DNA of 64,000 nucleotides. Source: Patescibacteria group bacterium (lineage in GTDB: Bacteria; Patescibacteriota; Patescibacteriia; Patescibacteriales; UBA12465). The notes under the pieces are model-generated. The model ran no database searches. It was given only the letters and a program-made list of their open reading frames with translations, and was not told where the DNA came from. Below, in pieces: positions 24,061-31,582 of this stretch (position 1 is its first letter; each line of letters starts with the position of its first letter). The stretch spans positions 64,576 through 128,575 of the forward strand of contig JBAZZR010000001.1 of NCBI GenBank assembly GCA_041658665.1, written 5' to 3'. Both the position numbers and the translations under genes were made by a program.

Positions 24061-24139
24061 GAGCAGCTTTTGTTCAAAAGCTGCTCTCCCTCCCGAGATG
24101 CGTGTCTCGGCTGATGAGTCCGAAAGGACGAAAGGGAAG
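24061..24139 (+). ncRNA. type III hammerhead ribozyme, copy 2, with a 5'-adjacent hairpin
   Basis: Upstream hairpin GAGCAGCTTTT/AAAAGCTGCTC (24061-24086). UCCCU-C (C17 at 24092). Stem I is CCGAGA/UCUCGG. CUGAUGA at 24111-24117. Stem II is GUCC-GAAA-GGAC. GAAA at 24130-24133. Stem III is GGGA. Predicted cleavage falls between 24092 and 24093. Confidence 0.88.
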
Positions 24140-24166
24140 GACCTTAAAAATTAAATAAGACTATGA

Positions 24167-24225
24167 TTATTTAGTTACTATTTTTGAAGTTTTAAAAAAA
24201 GACTTTAGAGATAGTAACTAAATAA
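24167..24225 (+). repeat. conserved AT-rich long hairpin (copy 2)
   Basis: Arms TTATTTAGTTACTAT / ATAGTAACTAAATAA form 15 perfect bp. The T-to-C change on one arm is matched by an A-to-G change on the other, relative to copy 1. Confidence 0.7.
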
Positions 24226-24274
24226 TAAAAATCAAAAAATCCGCGGTCCCGACGTATTCGGGCAAGGAGAAAAA

Positions 24275-25387
24275 ATGGAACATATCAATAGTTTTGCTCC
24301 CGATGGAAGCATAACAGGATTAACTTACCGCCAAGCTTGTGCGGTAATATTTATCGCTACGGGGAATATGGAATTTCCTCCAAATCCTTTTGATAAGGAA
24401 GATATTAAAAGGATCGGAGGGACTTTTGATGGAAATAACGGTAATTACCCAAATCTTTATCCCGTCGAGGGCGGCGGTATAGAGTATGTTACCATTAGTG
24501 GCCGGAGTATTAAAATTACTCTGGACAATGATGGTCAATGGCGGCTGGACTGTTCCTCATGGTGGAGCAGTTCAAAAATATTTCAAGCGACAATCCTCGA
24601 TGCGCTAGAAGTAATGGCTTCGTACAAACTAGAGGACAACATTCCATTATCATATTTTGATAGGAATGTTAATTTTGAGGAAATTTTCGGACGAGTTTCC
24701 TTGGGAAATTTTGGTCAACCAGAGTTGGACGATCTGGCTTACATCTTATTTGACGGGAAGCTACCTGATGGCTACACCAGATTTCCACTAAAAATATCCT
24801 ATGGGGATATGGACATCGATGCGGACTATGAGTCCGTTTGGTATGGCGGAAAGAATTCTGGTGGTTGGGTCGGCTTTAAGGACTATGCCGATAAGCTAAA
24901 AGAGGGTGAAACAAAAGGGGTTAAATGGGAATTTTGGCAAGTAGGACGCCATTATTTCAACCAGTCTTCATTTAGTCATAATTATGACAGATGTGAAGAC
25001 ACTGGAGATTGGTACCTCTGTATTAATGGTGGTGTAAAAGTTACCGATGCGGAAGTTTCCGATAATCAAGAAGTTGTGAAAATACTTCAATTCGCGGGAA
25101 TTCCGACCAAGAAAAAAGATTTTATGGAGGCGTGGAATTTGGATATAACTGGAGAGTCTATCCCGACGCCATATTCCCAATATTATGGCGGAGAAAATTC
25201 CGGCGGAAACGTCGGCATTTCGATTGAGACCCGCTATGAAGGGCCAGAAGGAAAAGTGATTGAGAGTCGATCATTTAATGAGTCGACCTTTGATCACGAT
25301 GTGGATAAAATACGACCCGCTATCCATATCGTACTTCGTTCTGGTGCGCCCGTGATTGACATGTCGCGTATGTGGGCAGTATTGTAA
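24275..25387 (+). CDS. orphan protein (370 aa) with an internal duplicated motif
   Basis: AAGGAGA ribosome-binding site. Internal repeat YGGKNSGGWVGF...FNQSSFSHNYD versus YGGENSGGNVGI...FNESTFDHDVD. No TM or signal peptide. Confidence 0.6.
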   Translation: MEHINSFAPDGSITGLTYRQACAVIFIATGNMEFPPNPFDKEDIKRIGGTFDGNNGNYPNLYPVEGGGIEYVTISGRSIKITLDNDGQWRLDCSSWWSSSKIFQATILDALEVMASYKLEDNIPLSYFDRNVNFEEIFGRVSLGNFGQPELDDLAYILFDGKLPDGYTRFPLKISYGDMDIDADYESVWYGGKNSGGWVGFKDYADKLKEGETKGVKWEFWQVGRHYFNQSSFSHNYDRCEDTGDWYLCINGGVKVTDAEVSDNQEVVKILQFAGIPTKKKDFMEAWNLDITGESIPTPYSQYYGGENSGGNVGISIETRYEGPEGKVIESRSFNESTFDHDVDKIRPAIHIVLRSGAPVIDMSRMWAVL

Positions 25388-25403
25388 TAAATGTTCATAA
25401 TTT

Positions 25404-25470
25404 GGAGGTTAGTCAACTAACCTCCCCTTTTCCAAGTGCGATAAAATTTTAGCGCTTTTGGAATTCGATT
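25404..25470 (+). terminator. double-hairpin terminator-like module, copy B
   Basis: Hairpin 1 is GGAGGTTAG/CTAACCTCC followed by CCTTTTCC. Hairpin 2 is CCAAGTGCG/CGCTTTTGG with a loop ATAAAATTTTAG. Confidence 0.55.
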
Positions 25471-25476
25471 TTTTAA

Positions 25477-25581
25477 CCGCCTTTGAAGCGTAGAGCGGAA
25501 AAGACAGAGACATTATTAAACTCTCTCTCCTTAATATTGTACTTTCTTTTCACGACGCTCTACACTTGAGGGGCGGTTTTT
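25477..25581 (+). terminator. long imperfect hairpin plus T5 at the right edge of the island
   Basis: CCGCCTTTGAAGCGTAGAGCG (25477-25497) pairs imperfectly with CGCTCTACACTTGAGGGGCGG (25556-25576), followed by TTTTT. Confidence 0.5.
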
Positions 25582-25589
25582 GTTATAAT
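25581..25589 (+). promoter_or_regulatory. extended -10 element TGTTATAAT upstream of ftsK
   Basis: TGnTATAAT, 55 nt upstream of the ATG at 25644. Confidence 0.45.
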
Positions 25590-25643
25590 AAAAGCGGAAT
25601 CATCAGAGACCGCCTAAAATAATGGTTTCTCAATTTTTTATTT

Positions 25644-28193
25644 ATGTCTAGACGAAAAAAAAATAATCCCTTGGATTACGTAACTTTACCGGAATTTGAC
25701 TTAGACGAAAAGGCTAAGCGCAGTATCATTATTGTTATTCTTTTGGCCTTCGGCTTAATTAGCCTACTCGGACTTTTTGATTTGTCCGGTCATTTCGGTT
25801 TATTTATTTCTAAATGGTTAACCCTTATTTTTGGTTTTGGTAAGTGGTTAGTACCGCTAATCTTTTTATATTGGGCGCTTATTCTTATTCGTCAGTCTAA
25901 GAAACCTCTTAAATTTACTGATTACCTAGGCTTATTTCTTTTATTTATTTCTTATCAGACTTTATTTCATTTTTTTATTGATCCGGCTAATTGGTTGGTT
26001 GCGGTTGCCCAAGGTTACGGCGGTGGTTATGTCGGACTATATCTTAGTCAGTTATGTTTTTATGTTTTTGGTTTTTGGGGTAGCGCTTTAGTTCTGGCGG
26101 CCGGTTTACTTATTTCCTTAGTCTTAGTTTTTAACACTTCACTGTCGCGAATAATTGGGCGGGATAGTTTATTAGCTAAATTGTTAAGTCCTTTTGGACA
26201 ATTTTTTAAATTTTTATTTTCTCGTTCTGCTGCCGAAGACGAAACGGGGCAACAATTTGTCGCGGAAGCACGCGAAGAAATTTTAAGTGCTTGGCAGCAG
26301 CGGGAAGTACCGGCTAAATTAGAAAAAATTGAGGATGAGGAAGAAAATGAATTGCCTACTTTAGCAGCCCTAAAAAAAGACGTGACGCCGAAACAAGAAA
26401 AAATCGTTTGGCCGAAACGTTCGATTAAGATTGATATGCCGATTGAATTATTAAATAATAAATTTAGTAAAGCTCATGGCGGCGATACCGAAGCTAATCT
26501 TCAGAAGATTCAGAAGACTTTGGAAAAATTTGGTATTCCGGTCGAAATGGGAGAGACTAAAGTCGGCCCGACGGTTACGCAGTATACTTTTCGTCCGGCG
26601 GAAGGCGTAAAATTATCGCGGATTACGACTTTAAATAATGATTTAAGTTTGGCTTTAGCGGCTCATCCGATTAGAATTGAAGCGCCTATTCCCGGGAAAT
26701 CTTTAGTCGGTGTAGAAGTGCCTAATAAAGCTAAAGCGATCGTCGGGTTGCGGGAAATTTTAGAGGATAGCGCTTTTAAGAGTCGTAAGAATAATTTATA
26801 TATCGCTTTAGGCAAAGACGTTTCTGGCGCGGCCTGGCTTTATGATCTTAGTAAGATGCCGCATCTTCTAGTGGCGGGAGCGACAAATTCCGGTAAGTCG
26901 GTTTGTTTGAATGCTATTATCGTGAGCCTTCTTTATCAGAATAATCCTGACAGTCTGCGTTTTATTATGGTTGACCCTAAGCGCGTGGAACTGCCGACTT
27001 ATAATGGTATTCCTCATTTATTAACCCCCGTCGTGACTGACGTTAATAAAACAATTAATGCTTTGAAATGGTGTTTGAATGAGATGGATAGGCGTTATGA
27101 TATTTTAAATAAAGCCGGCAAAAAAAATATTCAATCTTATAACGCGATTAATCAAGAGAAGTTGCCTTTCATTGTTTTTATAATTGATGAGTTAGCGGAT
27201 TTTATGATGACCGCCGGCAAAGATATGGAAGCGGCGATTATTCGATTAGCGCAGATGTCGCGAGCGATTGGTATTCATCTTATTTTAGCGACACAGCGGC
27301 CGAGCGTTGACGTTATTACCGGTCTTATTAAAGCCAATATTCCTTCGCGTATTGCTTTTTCGGTCGCCTCTTTAGTCGATTCAAAAACAATTTTAGATTC
27401 TTCGGGCGCCGAAAAATTATTAGGTCAAGGTGATATGCTTTTTTCGACCGCGGAATTTTCTAAACCGAAAAGAATTCAGGGAGCATATCTAAGCGAGAGC
27501 GAAATTAATGATGTCGTTAATTATATTAAGGAGAAAAGTGGCCCGGCGGAATATTTAGACGGGATAACTGATCGTCAGAAAGTTGGCGGTAATGCCGGAA
27601 TTGGTTTAGATGGCACGCACGGCGATGAAGATGAGTTATTTCAAGAAGCGCAAGAAATTATTGTGAAAGCGGGAAAAGCTTCGACTTCGATGTTACAACG
27701 TCGTTTGTCTATTGGTTACGGCCGCGCCGCGAAAATTTTAGATATGCTTGAAGAGGCGGGAGTAATTGGTCCGAGTAATGGCTCGAAGCCGCGAGAAGTT
27801 ATGATTAGCCGTGAGCAGTATGAATCTTTGAATGGTGGTCTTAGCGCTCTGCCGCTTCATAATCGGGCGGAAACGCCGGCTCCGGATAGTTATTTAGACG
27901 AAGAAGGAGATGATGATACTTTAGTTTTTAAAGATAATCATGATACTGCGGCCGGCGATGATGAGGAAATAGATTCCTCGGCCGTTAGTGATGAGGAAAT
28001 AAAAGAGGAACTAGAGCTTACTCCGGCAGAGGAAGAAGAGGTAATCGAAGATGAGGACGAAATTTTGGACAAGATTAGAGAGGAAGATAGAGAACTCTCC
28101 GCCCAGGAGTCGGCGCCAATCGTTACTCCGCCCGTGTCAAGTAAAAAGCATAATCCCCTTGAGGATGATGATGAGATGTTTTTTTCTAAATAG
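25644..28193 (+). CDS. ftsK: DNA translocase FtsK/SpoIIIE
   Basis: N-terminal TM helices. Walker A GATNSGKS, Walker B IIDELAD, the gamma-domain SMLQRRLSIGYGRAAKILD, then an unusually long acidic tail. Confidence 0.93.
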   Translation: MSRRKKNNPLDYVTLPEFDLDEKAKRSIIIVILLAFGLISLLGLFDLSGHFGLFISKWLTLIFGFGKWLVPLIFLYWALILIRQSKKPLKFTDYLGLFLLFISYQTLFHFFIDPANWLVAVAQGYGGGYVGLYLSQLCFYVFGFWGSALVLAAGLLISLVLVFNTSLSRIIGRDSLLAKLLSPFGQFFKFLFSRSAAEDETGQQFVAEAREEILSAWQQREVPAKLEKIEDEEENELPTLAALKKDVTPKQEKIVWPKRSIKIDMPIELLNNKFSKAHGGDTEANLQKIQKTLEKFGIPVEMGETKVGPTVTQYTFRPAEGVKLSRITTLNNDLSLALAAHPIRIEAPIPGKSLVGVEVPNKAKAIVGLREILEDSAFKSRKNNLYIALGKDVSGAAWLYDLSKMPHLLVAGATNSGKSVCLNAIIVSLLYQNNPDSLRFIMVDPKRVELPTYNGIPHLLTPVVTDVNKTINALKWCLNEMDRRYDILNKAGKKNIQSYNAINQEKLPFIVFIIDELADFMMTAGKDMEAAIIRLAQMSRAIGIHLILATQRPSVDVITGLIKANIPSRIAFSVASLVDSKTILDSSGAEKLLGQGDMLFSTAEFSKPKRIQGAYLSESEINDVVNYIKEKSGPAEYLDGITDRQKVGGNAGIGLDGTHGDEDELFQEAQEIIVKAGKASTSMLQRRLSIGYGRAAKILDMLEEAGVIGPSNGSKPREVMISREQYESLNGGLSALPLHNRAETPAPDSYLDEEGDDDTLVFKDNHDTAAGDDEEIDSSAVSDEEIKEELELTPAEEEEVIEDEDEILDKIREEDRELSAQESAPIVTPPVSSKKHNPLEDDDEMFFSK

Positions 28194-28206
28194 TCTGAAC
28201 TTAAAA

Positions 28207-28233
28207 AGTCCTCCATGTCACGGAGGGCTTTTT
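28207..28233 (+). terminator. intrinsic terminator after ftsK
   Basis: AGTCCTCC / GGAGGGCT stem with one G-U pair, followed by TTTTT. Confidence 0.6.
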
Positions 28234-28267
28234 GTAAGATTTGTCTCTTTAAGACGTCATATATAAA

Positions 28268-28822
28268 ATGAAGGATTATTTTAAACAATCAAAGGTTTTA
28301 GCGCAGATTAATCAAGGCGACGAAAAAGCTTTTTTAGAGGTATATGATTTTTACGCCCCTAAACTGTTTCGCCATGTTTCCTATCGTCTTAGTTCGCGCG
28401 AAGTAGCCGAAGATATCACTCAGCAGGTTTTCTGCAAAGTTTGGCAGTATCTAGTTGGAGAGGGGAATAAGATCGATAATCTTAACGCTTTTTTATATCG
28501 GACTACTAATAATCTACTGGCTGATTATTATCGTAAATCAGACCGGAAGAATATTTCCTTAGATGATAGTCTTAATAATGATTTGGAAAAAAAGCTATCG
28601 TTTAAACCATCATATTCCGACAACATCGATCATGATTTAACTGCCGCTAAAGTTAGAGAGTCGCTGGAACAGCTTAAAGAGCAACAAAAAGAACTTATTA
28701 CTTGGCGTTATTTTGATGATTTATCTATTTCTGAAATATCTAAGATTAGTGGAAAATCTCAAAATTCCATTTATGTCGGTATCCATCGGGCGATAAAAGA
28801 TCTTGAAAAAATTCTTGTTTAA
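28268..28822 (+). CDS. ECF-type RNA polymerase sigma-70 family factor
   Basis: Region 2 (APKLFRHVSYRLSSREVAEDITQQVFCKVW) and region 4 (LKEQQKELITWRYFDDLSISEISKISGKSQNSIYVGIHRAIKDL). Confidence 0.85.
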   Translation: MKDYFKQSKVLAQINQGDEKAFLEVYDFYAPKLFRHVSYRLSSREVAEDITQQVFCKVWQYLVGEGNKIDNLNAFLYRTTNNLLADYYRKSDRKNISLDDSLNNDLEKKLSFKPSYSDNIDHDLTAAKVRESLEQLKEQQKELITWRYFDDLSISEISKISGKSQNSIYVGIHRAIKDLEKILV

Positions 28823-28827
28823 AATAT

Positions 28828-29871
28828 ATGAAAAAATCAAAAATTATCCAATATATTAGAAATTTTTATTCTCAGCCTGTTAGCCAGGCTTGGTTAGCTG
28901 ATGGCCGAGAAAGTTTGCAGGATTTTATGAAGCATAATCCTGTAAGAAATAATCAGGTCGAACGTCAAAGTAGGCAGTGGGTATTTTTTAATCATTTAAT
29001 TTTAAAACCTATGCCAATTGCTATTTTTTCCATCATTGCCAGCTTAGTCGCTGGTGGCGGGATAGTCACTGCTTCGCAAAGTAGCTTACCTAACGGTGCG
29101 CTTTACCCAGTGAAGCTTCTAGTGGAAAATGTTCGGACCATCGCCGTTCCCGACAAAGTTCGTAAAGTTGAGTTGCAAATTGAATCGGCTAATAAACGTC
29201 TGCAGGAGATTGAAATCATGCAGAGTAAAGGTCAAGCGACCGAAATTATAGTTAAGGAAACTCTAAAAAATTATCAAGTTAATTTAAGACGGGCTAAAGA
29301 TTATGCTGCCGAAATTGATACCGCCTCGCAAGCAATAGCAGCGGCTAGTGGTTTGGTACAAGCGGTTACGAGCCAGCAAAATACCTTGAATACTATTAAA
29401 GAACAAGCCCCGAAAGAATATCAGTCAGCAGTCACTGCTATTCAGGTTCTGACTCAGGATAGTTCTAGTCAATTATTAGAAGCAGAAGGGGAAAAATCTC
29501 AAGACGAGGCGCCAATAAGTGATAATGAAATTAAAACAGGTGAAAATACTGATTTAGATAATACAATAGAAATCAAGAATCCTGCCCCTAGTTCCGACTC
29601 TATTTCCGTTCCCACTTCCGGCTCTATTTCCGTTCCCACTTCTCTCCCCGATCTTATCGGTGAAGCAAGGGCTATAGAAATTGCCAGTCAATTTGGTTTG
29701 GAAAAAGGGATTAGTAAATGGAAAACTAGCTTACATTGGTACGAGGGTGATATTAATAACTATGTCTGGACGGTTTCTAATAGTTTATCGGAATTTAATG
29801 GTCGAACTGTTGTAATCGATGCTCACACCGGACAAGTTTATCAGATTTTAGGCTATCAAAAGACTTATTAA
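28828..29871 (+). CDS. membrane-anchored protein adjacent to the ECF sigma factor (putative anti-sigma, PepSY-like C-terminus)
   Basis: Starts 6 nt after the sigma gene. One TM helix (MPIAIFSIIASLVAGGGIV). The C-terminal region WTVSN...GRTVVIDAHTGQVYQI is PepSY-like. Confidence 0.45.
   Translation: MKKSKIIQYIRNFYSQPVSQAWLADGRESLQDFMKHNPVRNNQVERQSRQWVFFNHLILKPMPIAIFSIIASLVAGGGIVTASQSSLPNGALYPVKLLVENVRTIAVPDKVRKVELQIESANKRLQEIEIMQSKGQATEIIVKETLKNYQVNLRRAKDYAAEIDTASQAIAAASGLVQAVTSQQNTLNTIKEQAPKEYQSAVTAIQVLTQDSSSQLLEAEGEKSQDEAPISDNEIKTGENTDLDNTIEIKNPAPSSDSISVPTSGSISVPTSLPDLIGEARAIEIASQFGLEKGISKWKTSLHWYEGDINNYVWTVSNSLSEFNGRTVVIDAHTGQVYQILGYQKTY
29593..29640 (+). repeat. 24-bp tandem duplication inside the CDS
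   Basis: TCCGACTCTATTTCCGTTCCCACT is followed by TCCGGCTCTATTTCCGTTCCCACT (1 mismatch). It encodes SDSISVPT / SGSISVPT. Confidence 0.9.
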
Positions 29872-29931
29872 AGTAGAAGTAGCTGAAGATCACTTAAGAA
29901 AATTATAAATATTAGTAAAATTATTATATAA

Positions 29932-29959
29932 AGCTCCCAACCCACTGGGAGCTTTTTTT
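29932..29959 (+). terminator. intrinsic terminator
   Basis: AGCTCCCA / TGGGAGCT stem followed by T7. Confidence 0.7.
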
Positions 29960-29972
29960 GTCTCGTAGTCTT

Positions 29973-29981
29973 TGCTATAAT
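29973..29981 (+). promoter_or_regulatory. extended -10 element TGCTATAAT; predicts a leaderless murE mRNA
   Basis: The -10 element ends 7 nt before the ATG at 29989. Confidence 0.45.
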
Positions 29982-29988
29982 AACTGGT

Positions 29989-31431
29989 ATGTTAGAAAGA
30001 CTAAAGAAATTAATACCGCATCGAATTTTTAGCGTTCTGCAACCGCCCTATCATTTTTTGCTTAGTGGTCTAGCGGCTCTTTTATATCGTTTTCCTAGTC
30101 GGAAATTAATTGTTATCGGCGTGACCGGTACTTCGGGAAAAACTTCGACGGTTTATTTAATTTCTCAAATGCTGAATGCGGCGGGTTATAAAACAGGGCT
30201 TACTTCGACCGCTGTTTTTTTTGATGGGCAACGGGAATGGCTTAATAATAAGAAGATGACGATGCCGGGTCGTTTTTTTATTCAAAAAATGCTCCGTCAG
30301 ATGCTAAAAAATAATTGTCGTTACGCGATTGTCGAAACAACTTCGGAGGGAATCAGACAATTCCGTCATCGTTTTATTAATTATGATATTTTAGTTTTTA
30401 CTAATTTATATCCGGAACATATCGAAGCGCATGGTAGCTTTATTAAGTATAAAGAAGCTAAGGGGTGCCTATTCGCGCATTTAAAACATTGTTCTAGTAA
30501 ATATTTAGCCGCTGATCGCCGGGTCGTTAAGCCTAGCAGTGATTTGAAGAAATTAGATTTTGCGCGTTTGGTAAAAACGATTATTGCTAATGGCGATGAT
30601 GAGACGGCTCCTTATTTTTTGAATTTTTGGAGCGAGGCTAAATTAGTTTATTCCTTAAATCCTCAGCTTAGTTTAGAAACCGTTCGCAAACAAGTAAACG
30701 GTGAAGCGAGTGTTAAGGATTTTTTCCTAGTTAAAGGTAATCATTTAGCCTTAAGCGCTAAGGGGACAACCCTCTCAATCGATGGCCAGTCGGTTAATCT
30801 TAAGTTGTTGGGTGATTTTAACGCCGCTAATGCCTTAGCGGCGGCGGCGGTCGGGCTTAATCAGGGCTTGTCTTTAGAGCAGATTAAAAATGGTTTGGAA
30901 GAAGTGAGAAATTTAGCTGGAAAAGTAGAGCTAATTGATGCGGGGCAAGATTTTACAGTAATTGTCGATTACTCTTTCGAACCGCGGGCAATTGAAAAAA
31001 CTTATCAGGTCATTAACCTTATTCCTCATAATCGGATTATTCATCTGCTCGGTTCGGCCGGTGGCGGACGCGATAAGGCTCGTCGACCGATTTTAGGTCG
31101 CTTTGCCGCCGAACATGCGGATTTAGTAATTGTTACTAATGAAGATCCTTATGATGAAGATCCCTCTTTAATTATAAATCAGGTTGCTTCTGGCGCAGAA
31201 ATGGCCGGAAAAATTATTGGTCAAGATTTGTTTAAAATACTAGACAGACGAGAGGCAATAAAAAAATCGCTAGAATTAGCAAAAAAAGGCGACTTAGTCC
31301 TTTTAACCGGTAAGGGGGCGGAACAATTTATTTGTCTGGCCGGAGGGAAAAAAATGGCTTGGGATGATCGGACGATAGTTCGAGAGGAGCTTGTGGAAAG
31401 ATTGTGTATTGACAAATTAGGCGAAGCATAA
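29989..31431 (+). CDS. murE: UDP-N-acetylmuramoyl-L-alanyl-D-glutamate--diamino acid ligase (MurE-type Mur ligase)
   Basis: P-loop VIGVTGTSGKTST. The Mur ligase middle and C-terminal domains are present. TNEDPYDEDP lies at the position of the MurE DNPR motif. Confidence 0.75.
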   Translation: MLERLKKLIPHRIFSVLQPPYHFLLSGLAALLYRFPSRKLIVIGVTGTSGKTSTVYLISQMLNAAGYKTGLTSTAVFFDGQREWLNNKKMTMPGRFFIQKMLRQMLKNNCRYAIVETTSEGIRQFRHRFINYDILVFTNLYPEHIEAHGSFIKYKEAKGCLFAHLKHCSSKYLAADRRVVKPSSDLKKLDFARLVKTIIANGDDETAPYFLNFWSEAKLVYSLNPQLSLETVRKQVNGEASVKDFFLVKGNHLALSAKGTTLSIDGQSVNLKLLGDFNAANALAAAAVGLNQGLSLEQIKNGLEEVRNLAGKVELIDAGQDFTVIVDYSFEPRAIEKTYQVINLIPHNRIIHLLGSAGGGRDKARRPILGRFAAEHADLVIVTNEDPYDEDPSLIINQVASGAEMAGKIIGQDLFKILDRREAIKKSLELAKKGDLVLLTGKGAEQFICLAGGKKMAWDDRTIVREELVERLCIDKLGEA

Positions 31432-31582
31432 TATATTATAACTATCTTAACACTTTTTTAAAAAAAGTGATTTATCAAAATAGTTAAATTGAATATTTTT
31501 TAGAACTCAAACCAATTTGGGATTGGGATTTTTTTGTTAAATTAATCTTTTTGTTTTTTTATTTTCTAAACATCTAAGCCCT

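Noticed and set aside
25600-25606. A minus-strand CUGAUGA (plus-strand TCATCAG) lies at the right island border. I checked it as a possible antisense hammerhead.
   Set aside because: The downstream minus-strand sequence (UUCCGCUUUUAUUAUAACAAAAACCG...) has no stem II hairpin and no GAAA box.
27938-28288. This entry covers a 116-aa Ser-rich minus-strand ORF and the 71-aa plus-strand ORF 28051..28266.
   Set aside because: The Ser-rich ORF is the antisense reading of the Glu/Asp-rich FtsK tail (GAA/GAG read backwards gives TTC/CTC and Ser-rich frames). Neither has independent support.
31512-31535. A weak hairpin CCAAT/ATTGG plus a T-run lies upstream of rpoB. I considered it as a terminator or leader attenuator.
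   Set aside because: It is only a 5-bp AT-rich stem, too weak to call from sequence alone.
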